A stretch of DNA of 64,000 nt, from the NCBI GenBank assembly GCA_964016885.1, contig OZ024753.1:44764001-44828000 (forward strand), read 5' to 3'. The stretch's first letter is position 1. Every line of letters begins with the position of its first letter. The position numbers and the translations under genes are program-made. Shown here piece after piece: positions 13,758-28,500 of this stretch. The notes under the pieces are model-generated. The model was not told the origin of the DNA and did no database searches. It saw only the letters and a list, made by a program, of their open reading frames with translations. This stretch comes from Eledone cirrhosa (taxonomy: Eukaryota).

Positions 13758-13987
13758 CCCTCATATATATATATATATATATATATGAGGGCATCCAGCT
13801 GTAGAAATCAAGCCAGAATCAGTTCCCGTCCCACCCTTGCAAGCAGGAAAAAGTGGACGTAAAATGAAATGGTGATGATGAAATGATATATATATACATA
13901 TATATATATATATACCCACTCTACTACCCTAAGTATTGAGTACTCTGGTGCATTATGGTCCATCTTGTTCCTTACCACAACTCCTTC

Positions 13988-14027
<40 letters not shown>

Positions 14028-14705
14028 CATATGTATGCATATATATTTACATGTATGTATGTATGTATATTTACATATATATATATATATATTATAATTT
14101 ATTATTATACAATGTGTGAATATATATGAATATATACATATATATGTGTGTGTGTGTATACATACATATATATACATATATATATATATATTAAGTTCTT
14201 CAACATACTTGGGGATCAACTAATGAAATCTATTCTCAAGAGAATTTGAAAGAAAATATCTAATTTTTTTTTTTAATTTGATTTCCCAACATTTTTTGAT
14301 ATATTTAAAGAAAAAAAAAAAAAAAAATCCAGATAATAAGGAATTGAATTAACAAGACACTTTTTTTTTTCTTTAAAATATTTCATGTTTTTATATTTTT
14401 ATGGTATTTGTTATTTTTTTGCATATAAGTGCTCTAGGTATCTGAAATTTTAACATACAATAAGTTGTGTATTTTAAGAATTTGAAAAACTGAAAGCAAT
14501 ATGGTTAGGTGTTTCTCAAGAGTGATGTTTCATTTTTTTTATAAGATTTTAATGATAAATAGCTTGTCTATAAATCCGACATCACATGCTTGAATTTCCT
14601 CTATGCCATTCAACGAAATAAAATTCTATATTCTAAGAGGTTTTGAATTGGTTAAATAAATAAATGAATAAATGAAATAAATAAAAGATAAAAAATGTTT
14701 AATAT

Positions 14706-14747
<42 letters not shown>

Positions 14748-15896
14748 AAATATATATAGAAAACGATATATAAAAATAAAAATATATATAGAAAACGATA
14801 TATAAAAATAAAAATATATATAGAAAATTATATATAAAAATAAAAACATATATAGAAAACTATATAAAAATCTAAATCTATTTAATATCTTATATAATAA
14901 TTAGATTCTATATCAACTTCTGAAGAACTAATTTTAAATACTGATGTTAATATAAACAATTTCTATAACTTTGGAAAAATATTAGTGTCATTGCATAACA
15001 GTTTTAAATCTTATATGATGATCGATTTAAGGAGGATTTTTGTAAATTAACAACCATCATTATATTTATTTCTTTTGCTTCGGTTTTGTATTTATTACTT
15101 TAAAAGACATTAATTTTTTGATAATGTTTAAATTTTTTATTTTTTTTATTTTTCGAGAGGACTCTTACTTACTAATTAAGAATAATCTCACATCATTTGA
15201 ATAATAATTAATATTATTTGAAGGGTAATTAAATTTAGAATGTAAGTTTGTTTTTGATGAAATGTAGCAGAACTAAGATGGAAGATTGTATCTAGAATGT
15301 CTGTTTACCTTTTAAAATAAAGCTGTTGTAATTATAGTGTTACCTTTTTCATGTGAACATACATGCCTTAATAGTGTTTGATTCTCAGTGATGTGTTATG
15401 TCCTTAAGCAAGATACTTTACTTCATGTTGCTCCAGCTGGCAAAAATGATTTGTCTCTATAACTGAAAGGGCCAACCAAACCATGTCACACACTGTGTTA
15501 TACCAAATCCATTGGCGAATGTGTCTGTGGAAAGTTCAGCTCCTTGTACATTAATTTCACAAGTAGGCAATCAACTGGGACACTTGTCAGAACCATCAGA
15601 GGTCCAACACGAACACACACATACACACACACTGACACACAGACACACACAAACACACACTCTTAGCATGAAGCATGGTTGTAATAAGAAATTCTTACAT
15701 TCATATATGACCACATTTATTTTATCAACATGGGCAGGGAGAGAGTTGAGAGGACTTTTTTACTACTTATGTCAGGGAGAGAAGAAAGTTATTCTAAGAC
15801 TAATGATGTACCCCACATATATATACGTCCACTAATAAAGATACTATAAACATTTGAATTAATAAACCACATGAAACTACATTAGCAAGACATTCT

Positions 15897-16112
15897 TTAA
15901 CCCTTTAGCATTAACATTACTCTATATTTACTATTGTATTTTCATGGTAAGGACATAATATCAAAGCTACGAGATTTTGATGTTATTTATTTTGAGAACA
16001 ATACCTTAACATAAGTAGCCAATTATGGGTGGTTTGAACAAAAAGGGATCAATTATGGTTGGTTTGGTCAAAAAGGGTTGTGACAATTCTGGCCGGTTTA
16101 AATACTAAAGGG
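15897..16112 (-). mobile_element. piggyBac-type MITE P1, opposite orientation
   Basis: TTAA|CCCTTTAGCATT at the left end, AAATACTAAAGGG at the right end; internal similarity to the reverse complement of 6066-6294. Confidence 0.7.
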
Positions 16113-18299
16113 CACTGAGACAGCATCACATAAAATATTAATCTTTATTTTACTGCAAATTTTCACAGTGATATATCCAGTCTCTCACCCCTCCCCCTTT
16201 CTTTCTTCAATAGTCTAATAGTCATTGCTCTTTTCCTTCTTTTCCTTTCATTTATGGCATTTAGAGTCCTTTCCAAAGATGCTTTTTTTTTCTGTTTGGC
16301 TAAAAATTCTAAATCTATATATCTAAATAAATAAAATTCATTTCTATTTTCTGTAAAAATTTGAATTAACAAACCTGTTTCTATATATTTATATTTGCTG
16401 CTGAATCATTATAGGAAGTTAATAGCTAATTTAAATACTGTGATAAAAGTGTTAACAACTCAGCTGTGATATATGTTCTCTCTTTTGAGTGGTCTAAATA
16501 CAATATGAAATCTTCATTCAACTATGTAAGATCCCTTTTCCCTTTTTACGAATCCTGTGACTGATTTCAGAAGAACAGTTAAAAGGTTAAGCATATTTAC
16601 ACTTAAGTAAAACGGCAAATGCGACAGAAGCTAGTGAAAGAATCTCTGAAGGGTTTTTTTTTCTTCCAAGTTTATAGTAGGAAATGTCACAGTCCATTAC
16701 CATTCCTAGTCTACATTGCAGAGTGGAATTCAATGTTACTCCAAGACAGTAGTTCAAACAGAACCAGAAAATAAAGAATTTCAAGCTGCAAATGGAAAAA
16801 TAAGAAAAATCAAAGAAAACTAGTGAGTCATTCTTAAAGTCACACATACAAGAATACAGATACACATCTATACATACATATATATACACCGACACACATG
16901 TATGCATATATATACACCCACAAACATGTGTACATACATATATATACACTCATACACATGTGTACATATATATATACACCTGTTACATATATATATACAC
17001 TCACAAACGTGTACATACATATATATACACTCTTCCACATGTGTACATAATATATATATATATACACTCACATGTGTACGTACACATATATATATATACA
17101 CTCATACATGTCACATACATATATAAACACTCACATGTGTACATACATATGTATACACTCACACACATGTATACATACATATATATACACTATAGTTGTA
17201 TACAGGAAAAATAAAACACATGTGAATCTATTTTTCTCATCAGCCACCTCCTGGTCTGTAATTTCATGCATAGAAGTAGTATTACATAGTATTGAGCCCA
17301 GGCTGCATGACAGCTTAGAGCAAGCTGCTGGAAAGATGCATATGAGAACACAACACAAGTATGTGTGAAAGAGAGAATTATGTGTATAAGAGAGAGAGTG
17401 TGTGTGTGAGCGAGAGAGGGTGTGTGTGTGTGTGTGCGCAAGAGAGGATGTGTGTGTGTGTGTGTGAGTCTGTGTGAGCGAGAGAGAGAGAAAGTGTGTG
17501 AACAAGAGAGGGTGTGTGTGTGTGTGAGAGAGAGAGTGTGTGTGTGAGAGAGTATGTGTGTGTGTGAGCGAGAGAGTGTGTGTGTGTGTGAGCGAGAGAG
17601 AGAGAGAAAGTGTGTGTGAACGAGAGAGGGTGTGTGTGTGTGAGAGAGAGAGAGTGTGTGTGTGTGTGAGAGAGTATGTGTGTGTGTGAGTGTGCGAGAG
17701 AGGGTGTGTGTGTGTGTGTGCGAGTCTGTGGGAGCGAGAGAGAGAAAGTGTGTGAACGAGAGAGGGTGTGTGTGTGTGTGTGAGAGAGAGAGAGTGTGTG
17801 TGTGTGTGTGAGAGAGTATGTGTGTGTGTGTGAGTGTGCAAGAGAGGGGGTGTGTGTGTGTGTGTGTGAGTCTGTGTGAGCGAGAGAGAGAGAGAAAGTG
17901 TGTGAACGAGAGAGGGTGTGTATGTGTGTGTGTGTGAGCGAGAGAGAAAGAGTGTGAGCGTGAGTGTGTGTGAGAGAGAGAGAGAGAGAGAGAGTGTGTG
18001 TGTGTGTGTTATGAGAGAGAGAAAATAGTTGTCATGCTGGTAAACAGTTAATAGAAGATGGAGCACATACCCATTACAGTAAATATATCTTCTCTCTCAT
18101 CTGACTCTGTAGTTTTCAATACTCAACGACAGGTTCTGCGATATCAGCAGAAACAGATTTCACTTTGCTTCAGTGTGTTATCTCCATCAAACCCACATTG
18201 AGTCCTAAAATGGTTATAAATCCAACCAGAACACTAATTCTAAATATGTATGTATGTAGACATGTAAATATCTGTATACATACATATATACATATCGAT

Positions 18300-18343
<44 letters not shown>

Positions 18344-18383
18344 TATATAGATGTACATATATATATATATATATATATATAGA

Positions 18384-18458
<75 letters not shown>

Positions 18459-18611
18459 AGAGAGATATTATATATATGTATATGTGTGTGTATATATATT
18501 TGTAAAGAAGTATGTGTGCATATGTGAATATATATATATATATTTTTACAAATGCACACATACATCTTTACATATATATATATATATATATATATGAATA
18601 CATATATATAT

Positions 18612-18768
<157 letters not shown>

Positions 18769-18921
18769 TATATATATATGTGTATATGTGTATATATATA
18801 TATATATACGAATGTACACACTCCTTTACAAATATAGATAACATAGGCCCTCAGAAAAACACAGAAACATGCTCACAGTTATACATAACAGTTATGTATG
18901 TGACCACTCCTTCCCATACCT

Positions 18922-18967
<46 letters not shown>

Positions 18968-18970
18968 CCT

Positions 18971-19019
<49 letters not shown>

Positions 19020-19079
19020 CTCCACACATGCATATACATAAACAAGTACACACACATGCTCATACATACATACACACAC

Positions 19080-19690
19080 ACACACACCTGCACATACATA
19101 TACATAAACATGCTCACCCACATACACAGCACATAGATATACACACACACACGCACACACACACCTGCACATACATATACATAAACATGCTCACCCACAT
19201 ACACAGCACATAGATACACACACACACACACACACCTGCACATACATATACATAAACATGCTCACCCACATACACAGCACATAGATATACACACACACAC
19301 GCACACACACACACCTGCACATACATATACATAAACATGCTCACCCACATACACAGCACATCGATATACACACACACACATACACACACACCTGCACATA
19401 CATATACATAAACATGCTCACCCACATACACAGCACATAGATATACACACACACACGCACACACACACCTGCACATACATATACATAAACATGCTCTCCC
19501 ACATACACAGCACATAGATATACATACCACACACACACACACACACACCTGCACATATACATAAACATGCTCACCCACATACACAGCACATAGATATACA
19601 CACACACACGCACACACACACCTGCACATACATATACATAAACATGCTCACCCACATACACAGCACATAGATATACACACACACACACAT
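19080..19690. repeat. About 80-bp CA-rich minisatellite x7-8
   Basis: Recurrent CCTGCACATACATATACATAAACATGCTCACCCACATACACAGCACATAGAT. Confidence 0.9.
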
Positions 19691-20374
19691 CTAATCTATA
19701 TAGCTACATGTGTGAGGTGTCCGATGTAATCTTTCGATAGCTGTCCTCTACTTCGCTATCAAACCATTTATCTTTGTATTGATTCTCAATATTGATTAGC
19801 AAGCTGAATTGTTAACCAATATTGATGTGTTTATAGCACAACCATTTTCTCAGACTTCGTTTCTAAGACTTGCTTCTTCCTACACATTAGTTCAGCACTG
19901 GGAATGTTTCTTTCATAACAGGAGCAGAGAACTCCTCACTATTTAAATCCCCCCCCCCCCCCCCCACCACATCACCCCTCCACCCTCCCACCCCCCACCC
20001 CACCCCACACACACACACAAAAAAATACAGTAACAATTATCAATACTTGCTTTAATTCTGTTGGTCAGATGGATATGAAAGAATTACTGGAGTCGTTCTG
20101 TATTCAATTATGTTAGCTGTGTATTTTCTGGTGGCTGAGCAGCTTTTTTTATTGTTGTTGTTTTTTTTTTAATGCCTAATCACAGAGGAAGAGCAATGCC
20201 CCCAAACTCTTTTTGCATGGCTCTCTATGACTAACATGACGTAGACAGAAGAATCATCATCACCACCACCATCATCATCATCATCATCACCATTATCACC
20301 ACCACCATCATCATCATCATCATCACCATTATCACCACCACCATCATCTTCATCATCATCATTATCACCACCAC

Positions 20375-20409
<35 letters not shown>

Positions 20410-21404
20410 CCATTATCACCACCACCACCATCATCTTCATCATCATCACCATTAGCGCCACCACCATCTTCATCATCACCATTATCACCATCACCTTCAT
20501 CACCTTCAGCAACATCATCATCATCACCATTATATCTCTGGGGCCTTTTTCCATCCTTGCATGGTTTCAATGAATGTTCTGCAGCACAGTTTTATTCCCC
20601 TGGGGTATGTAGGAAATGAAGGAATTACTGCAGGAATCTCTATTCAATTATGTCAGTTTGTTGTTGTCGACTTCTGTTATATTTTATCACTACTGTTAGT
20701 GATCTACACAACAAACGCACCCAGTACACTCTGTAAGGTGGTTGGTGAGAGGAGGGGAATCCAGCCCGCAGCCATAGAAAATCTGTCAAACAAAGAGGTA
20801 GGAGTACATTTCAAACTGTGTCAAAGACATGACAACTATCCTAATGCTGATGCCAATGAGGAAATACATTTGATAAAGCACAAGATGCAGGCCCATAGCT
20901 TGTCGGAGAGGTAAATAGTTTAAGGACTGACAGTCTGTGAAAACCTGTTAGCAGGGAAAATGGACATTTAAAAAATTATATTTATATATCATCATCATCA
21001 TCATCATTTTACGTACGCTTTTCCCTGCTTGCAAAGGTGGGACGATATATCTATGTCACCATCATCATCACCGTTCAATGTCTATTTTTCCCCTGCTTGT
21101 ATAGGTTAGAAGGGTCATCCATGTTGTGAGACGCATCTGGCCAGTTGGCTGCGCCATGCCTTGCTCATAGCGGGGGCCATGCTTCAGCTCAGTTTTTACG
21201 GCTGTTGTATGCCCTTCCTACCGCCAACCACGAATACAGTGTGGTACTGGGTGGCACCATTGTGATACAAGTCTGACCAATATGTTGAACCCAAACCTAG
21301 ACTAGAAGATAAGAAATAGAAAAAAATAGAAGATAAAAAATAGAAAATTTGATTTGGGGAGAGCCTGCTAATACGGTGTCATATCAATAGCAGACAGTCC
21401 CCGA

Positions 21405-21438
<34 letters not shown>

Positions 21439-21440
<2 letters not shown>

Positions 21441-21756
21441 GATATTAAATAAATGGAAACTATATTTATAAAACCATATTTATTTCATTATATATATTTC
21501 AGGGATATCATATTAACAATATGTTATGCCTTCTTCAGACAAAATACAATATAGACAGTTTTATAAATAAATAGATTTGACATACCGTTCAACATCGACT
21601 TGTATTTGAAAAGTTGATTTGGCAGTGAAAAATTGTAAACAGAAAGAAAGAAAGAAAGAAGAAGGCATAACATATTGTTAATATGATATCCCTGAAATAT
21701 ATATAATGAAATAAATATGGTTTTATAAATATAGTTTCCATTTATTTAATATCGTA
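21439..21756. repeat. About 97-bp near-perfect inverted repeat with about 120-bp spacer, TA-flanked
   Basis: 21439-21535 (ACGATATTAAATAAATGG...ATGCCTTCTTC) is the reverse complement of 21658-21755. Confidence 0.9.
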
Positions 21757-21840
21757 AATATACTCCAAATACTTGTTGAGTGCTTTTATATCAGTTATAA
21801 ATATTTACTAGTTGTAACCCAACAATTTAAATATAACTTT

Positions 21841-21880
<40 letters not shown>

Positions 21881-22210
21881 GAGCTTCTACAGGACTAGAA
21901 CTGTTTCATTCGTGAGAAATCATCATGAGCTCCCTGATGATTTAAATAATAATAATGAAAATATTGTGTACAGTGCTCAGGTGCACTACAACTCATCAAA
22001 AGTGTATGTATAGTACATAGGGTAATGTACAAACGTCAGGAAAATGCACAGTTCATGAGTCATGATATACACGTGTGCATGTGTATGGAAGGGGGGACAT
22101 CAGGTGTAGTTTTGGCGGATTTCGAATGAAACAGTTCTAGTCCTGTAGAAGTTCTTCTATATTAAAACTTTTATACTCTGGTTACCTCCGATTCAACCCG
22201 GAATAACTTA
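21881..22210. mobile_element. Inverted pair of hammerhead-bearing Penelope-like ends; the plus-strand copy is interrupted by an insertion of about 175 bp
   Basis: Minus: GAGCTC-ATGATGA-TTTCTCACGAAT-GAAA-CAG ttctagtc CTG-TA-GAAGCTC (21932 to 21881). Plus: GAGCTCC-CTGATGA(21934)-TTT [insert 21944-22122] CGAAT-GAAA(22128)-CAG ttctagtc CTG-TA-GAAG. Confidence 0.7.
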
Positions 22211-22786
22211 TATATATATATATATATATATATGTACGATATATGCCACCATATTAGCAGAATCCTGTAATAGATTTGCATGCCTGACATTGGAAATGTA
22301 ATTTCTATAACATTGAAATTATCATTTCAAAATGTTCAATTTTAACAATCAAAACTAATGATGATAAATTGAAAATTAAAGATATATTGTAAAACAGAAC
22401 AAAGTCATGATTTGGTGAATTATAAATTATCATGTGTGTATATATGCATGTGTTTATGTGTGTATATATATATATATGCATGTGTTTATGTATATATATA
22501 TGTGTGTGTGTGTTTGTTTATATGTATATATACATGTGTGTGTATTTGTGTGTGTATATGTGTGTTTATATGCATGTATGTGTTTATCTGTGTGTATATA
22601 TGTGTATGTATGTGTGTGTGTGTGTATATGTTTTGAGGCATGTATATTTGTGTGTGTATGTGTGTATTTGTAAGTTTATTTTTGTGCGTATGAGCTTGTT
22701 TTGTATGTATGCGTGTGAGTTGTTATTTTCGAAAGTTTGTGATGTTGTTTTCATGTTTTTTTTGTGAGATTTGTTTGTGTCTGCAT

Positions 22787-22820
<34 letters not shown>

Positions 22821-22837
22821 GACAGACAGAGACAGAC

Positions 22838-22928
<91 letters not shown>

Positions 22929-23151
22929 GACAGACAGACAGAGACACAGACAGACAGACAGAGACAGACAGACAGAGAGAGAAACAAAGTGAGAGAGAGA
23001 CAGACAGACAGAGAGAGATAGATAGACAGAGGAGATACATATAAAGACAGACAGAGAGAGAAACAAAGTGAGAGAGAGACAGACAGACAGAGAGAGAGAG
23101 ATAGACAGAGGAGAAACATATAAAGACAGACAGAGAGAGAAACAAAGTGAG

Positions 23152-23182
<31 letters not shown>

Positions 23183-23745
23183 TAGACAGAGGAGATACAT
23201 ATAAAGACAGACAGAGAGAGAAACAAAGTGAGAGAGAGACAGAAAGAGAGAGAGAGAGAGATAGACAGAGGAGAAACATATAAAGACAGACAGAGAGAGA
23301 AACAAAGTGAGAGAGAGACAGAAAGAGAGAGAGAGAGAGATAGACAGAGGAGAAACATATAAAGACAGACAGAGAGAGAAACAAAGTGAGAGAGAGACAG
23401 AAAGAGAGAGAGAGAGAGATAGACAGAGGAGATACATATAAAGACAGACAGAGAGAGAAACAAAGTGAGAGAGAGACAGAAAGAGAGAGAGAGAGAGATA
23501 GACAGAGGAGAAACATATAAAGACAGACAGAGAGAGAAACAAAGTGAGAGAGAGACAGAAAGAGAGAGAGAGAGAGATAGACAGAGGAGAAACATATAAA
23601 GACAGACAGAGAGAGAAACAAAGTGAGAGAGAGACAGAAAGAGAGAGAGAGAGAGATAGACAGAGGAGATACATATAAAGACAGACAGAGAGAGAAACAA
23701 AGTGAGAAAGAGACAGAAAGAGACAAACAGACAGACAAACAGACA
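22787..23745. repeat. (GACA)n plus an about 74-bp GA-rich higher-order repeat
   Basis: Recurrent GAAACAAAGTGAGAGAGAGACAGA...ACATATAAAGACAGAC units. Confidence 0.9.
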
Positions 23746-24150
23746 GAGAAGCAGCAAAACTGTGAGTTTGATTTTTCTCATATTGATCATTATTTAGTTA
23801 GTATTTCTGTACGCCTTTCTTATTTATTCTGTTCTTTCCTCAACACCTCTCTTACACCTTCTCATCCTCTCACACCCTCTTTTCCGCCCTGCCCTATATT
23901 TTACTGCCTGTTCACATGATTGCCTTTCTTGTTGCTAACTGTTGATTATTTCTCTAACTCCTTCCCACAGTCAATCTCCCACCTGTCGAGTTACCTATTT
24001 AATCTAGCTCTCTTTATAAAACATTCTTTTGCTCTCTTTCACCTCTCTCAGAACAGTCACTACTTTCTCTTCCTATCATAACAAAAAGAATAAATGCATC
24101 AAACAAACAATGCCCGCATGACATTGTGTTTTATATATTAAGATAGTATA

Positions 24151-24182
<32 letters not shown>

Positions 24183-26821
24183 ATGTGTGTGTGTGTGTGT
24201 ATGTGTCTATCAGGTGGAAAATTAGGGAAAAAGATGTGATGTGAAAAGATTTTGAAGTAGAAATAGGAAATGTTGTAGTAGTGGTATTTGGGTGGGGTTG
24301 TGTCTGTGAAGGGGGTAGCTGTAGTAAAGGAATATATAGCAGGTGTAAACAAGTGTAAATTGAGGGATGGATGGGAATATAATCATAGAGGAAGAAGTGA
24401 AGAAGATAGAGCAATGAGTAAAATACATTTAGTAGAGGAATGAAGAAAGGAAAGAAAGAAGAAAAGCAGCAGTAGTCGTAGTAGTAGTAGTAGTAGTAGT
24501 AGTGGAATGGAATGAAGAGGGAGTGGACATAAAACTGTGTTTGTGTGTTGGGTGTGTGTTGCAGATGTTGAACTCAAATTTTGATATCATAATTCATGAA
24601 GAGAAATGAAAATAAGGCATGTTTTTGTTGGTGTTTTCCTCGTGTGTTTTTGTTAGTGTTTTTCTGTGTGTTTTTATTGGTCTTTTTCTGTGTGTTTCTC
24701 TGTGGTTTTGTTGGTGGCTTTGGTGAAGCTAAACTTAGACTCTTAGTCTTAACAATGTCAGAGAGTTGAAGACAAACTAAAGCAGAGAAAGAAACACTTT
24801 TGAAATATTAACGATAAACACTAATTTCTATTTTGGAACGAAATATTCTTCAGCTTTATCTCCTTCATTTGCATGATTTATTCTAGGTTCCCCTTTCGAG
24901 AGAGAACAACTCAACCGTCTTCTCCTTTATTTTCCTCTTCTCCATCTATTCCTTCTTCTCATTTTCCCCTTCTTTTCCATTTCAACCACTTATTTCTCTT
25001 CTCCGACTATCCACTCCACTCCTTCCTCCACTTCACTCCTTCCTCCACTCCACTCCCTCCTCCACTCCCCTTCCTCCTCCACTCCACTCCATCCCTTACT
25101 CCACTTCATTCATGTCTTCATTATGGCACATGAATTTTTGATTCAACAAAATTAAACGGAAATTAGGCCTGCTCTCCTATTAGTAAATGTTTGACACCTT
25201 CGTTGAAGGTTGCTTTATGTAATTAAAAGAATTATTCTGAACTGAGTATTGCAGTGTTTAGTGACAGCAGAGCGTGTGTGTTATTGGTAGACTATTCCTT
25301 GATTGGCACGTTGGTTTGTGAGGTCATACAGCTTCTGTTTGTATTATTGCACGGCCAGTACACCACCACCACCACCACCACCACCACTACCACCACCACC
25401 ACTACCACCACCACCACCACCACCACTGCCATCACCATCATGATTATTATCATTATCATCACTATCATCATCATGGTGGTGTTGGTGGTAGTAGTGGTGG
25501 TGGTGGTAGTAGTGGTGGTGGTAGTGGTGGTGTTAGTAGTGGTGGCGGTAGTGGTGGTGGTGGTGGTGGTAGTAGTGGTGGTGGTGGTGGTGGTAGTGGT
25601 GGTGTTAGTAGTGGTGGCGGTGGTGGTGGTGGTGGTGGTAGTGGTGGTGGCGGTAGTAGTGGTGGTGGTGGTAGTGGTGGTGGTGTAGTAGCGGTGGTGT
25701 TGGTGGTAGTAGTGGTGGTGTTGGTGGTAGTAGTGGTGGTGTTGGTGGTGGTGGTGGTGGTGTTGGTGGTAGTAGTAGTGGTGGTGGTGGTGGTGGTGGT
25801 GGTAGTGGTATCAGTGGCAAAGAAGAATGTGATGATGATGATCTAGTTACCATATAGGTAGACTATGGCAATAACAAAACTCAGAACCTACCCTATCTAT
25901 CTTGTACAAGATAGAAACTGTCCACTTCTTTCCTCTATCCTTCTTACCAAAGCCTCCAATATTCTTTACTGGTCTCCTGTAAATTTTCAATCGTTTTCCT
26001 TTCATGAAGAAGATTTATGATTATCTCTCTAAAGAACAATTACCAAGCTGGAAGGAACAAGAATCGATTCTACTGAACTGTAACATAACATGATTAATTC
26101 TGAGATATCTGTAACCGTTGATGTTATTTGCAACTGTATAAACTTTACTAATAATCTATCTCTTGTAAAATAATGTTACTTGTTGGATTTATGGCTGGCT
26201 TTCACGATATGCTTTCACAGTAGGAATCAGAATAAAATCTTGTTTCTTATATTTTATTTAAACAATCCAAGAATACATCTAGAATTTTGTTTGTTTGTTT
26301 ATTCTCTAAACATTCCATTTTGGTTGTAAAAATATAGGTATTTCATGCTTAATAGATACAACAATTTTGGTAAATTACTGTGCATGGTGATTTAGTAAAG
26401 ATACATAAATGGCTTAGTGGTTAGGATATTAAGCTCGCAATCATAAGGTCAAAAATATATTAAGAATTGAAACTAATCATTACTTGTGTTTACAAGAAAC
26501 CTATTGCTATCATACAATGCTTATTATCTCTTGAAAACACTGGCTTTTAATACATAGACTCCTCCTGCAGATTGGAATAATCAAGGAAAGTTGTACTGGA
26601 CAATGTTTGTCTTTTTAACCCTTTCCTTACCATTTTTTCTCATGAAAGACACTGCTCATAGTTTTCTTATAATTTTCAAAATAATCAAGAATTTGAAAGG
26701 ATTTAATAATATAACTAACATTCTCATTATTAAGCTGATGTTTGGATGTTTGGAACATAACTTAAGAAAGGTTCTTAGATAAAACAGTGATGGAAGGATT
26801 TTAGATAGAAGGTTTTTAAAA

Positions 26822-27151
26822 CAGAGGTTCTCAAAACCACCCCCCTCAAGGCCCCGTAAAACCCTCAGCCCCACAAAAAACCCTATTTCCAGAGAGACCT
26901 ACCGCCACACAAATTGTAAACAATATATAATAAATAAAATCGTTAATTTATATATAATAAATAATATAATATATACTATGTATAAAATAAATATATATTT
27001 TTTGTTTTACTATATTTATATATATATATGTATCATTTGATATTTAATATAGTATAATATCATCTCTACCGCCCCCTTAGGCCCAGCACCCATGGACGGA
27101 CCTTCTCAATGTCCCCACAGGGGGCAGTAGTGGCCACTTTGAGAACCTCTG
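26822..27151. mobile_element. hAT (Charlie-like) MITE
   Basis: 14-bp TIRs CAGAGGTTCTCAAA / TTTGAGAACCTCTG; flanks TTTTAAAA / CTTTAAAT (degenerate 8-bp TSD); GC-rich subterminal runs. Confidence 0.8.
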
Positions 27152-28279
27152 CTTTAAATAAACAGTTATGTATCATAGAACTAAGGCTGGTTCCAGGCAG
27201 TTGGATTAAAGATCAATGGTTGTATGAACAAAATAAATTAACTAGATGTTAGACTTGAAGCATTTTGTGTTTTACTCTGAGATATTCTCTATAGAATGTT
27301 GTATAAAAGAAGACAAAAACAATAATTTAAGATACATGGTAAGAACAAATTATTTAAATGTTCAATACTGCCATTAGGCTTTCAGGAACAGCTGAAAAAT
27401 AAAATCAGTTTACTTCACATAAGGATAAGATGTTAAGCTGACTACAATATGTAAATTTGTAAACCTGGAAGAGAAAAACACATTGCTATAAGTGTTTCGT
27501 ATAATACAAAACAAAAGGACTGGGTTTTTTGTTTTTATTAAGAATCAGCTATATATATAAACTGTCATATATTTAGCCATATCGAGATAACAAGACAAAA
27601 GACAATTTTCCACACACCACGCTTTCATTTCACATCTCAGTGGGGAATCTTCCAAGAATTGATATTTCTATCTTCATAATTTCAGAATTAAATGTTGAAA
27701 TAAATAAATCATACAAAATTTCTATTTTTCACACATTAAACATTAGAGTGTTGAGCAGTTTGGTTGATCAATGGTCCTGTCAGACATTCATCATCATCAG
27801 CAACATCATTCTCGGCATCGTTTCTTTGCATCCATTTTTCCTCGTTTGTATGGGTTGGCCAGATATTATAAGCTAATACAAGTTTATTTCTAACTGGTTA
27901 CCTAACATCTACTATATGTATAACTGCCATACCATGTAGCCCCCCTTAACTCTTTAAGGAGTCATGGAGGTTTCCATAATGTGTATTTAAATCCATCAGA
28001 GCCCATCCCTCTCCAGATTTTATTAACTTATTAATTATCAATCATAATGAACAGGAGTAGGGTATTTTTTTTTCTAATTATCGAAACTGGAATGACAAAT
28101 CTCATAATGTTTTCATAATCTTTTAGACAGGGGTGGGGTTTAATTTGTGCCTGTAATTATTGGGACATCATGTGTTGTGGACTGGCAGGAACCTCTGTGT
28201 ATTCTCGTGTATAATGAGAATGTTTCAATTAAAATTAAGGCAAAAAAGCGGGGTCATATTCTGAGTACATATTTTCTAC

Positions 28280-28500
28280 AAACATGAGTACCTAGTTCTC
28301 AGAGAGATTCAGCATGACCCAGTGTCTGTGATACAGATGGCTCTTTTGAATTACAGATACAAGTGATTTTTCTTTCTCCAGTTGAACGGACTGGAGCAAC
28401 ATAAAATGAAGTGGCTTGCTCAAGGACAATGAATCTCTGGAAATCTAACTTACAACCTTAGGACCATAAGCCAAACATTTTAATCACTAAGCCACATGTC
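28280..28500 (-). mobile_element. Degenerate SINE family B copy
   Basis: Minus strand CATGTGGCTTAGTG head and CCTTGAGCAAGC..TTGCTCCAGTCC core. Related copies at about 15365-15610, 32583-32805 and 44430-44640. Confidence 0.65.

Noticed and set aside
16590-18240. Unique-sequence islands with splice-like signals (about 16650-16790, 17220-17335, 18070-18240)
   Set aside because: No consistent frame or recognisable protein on either strand; they could be non-coding exons but cannot be supported without RNA data.
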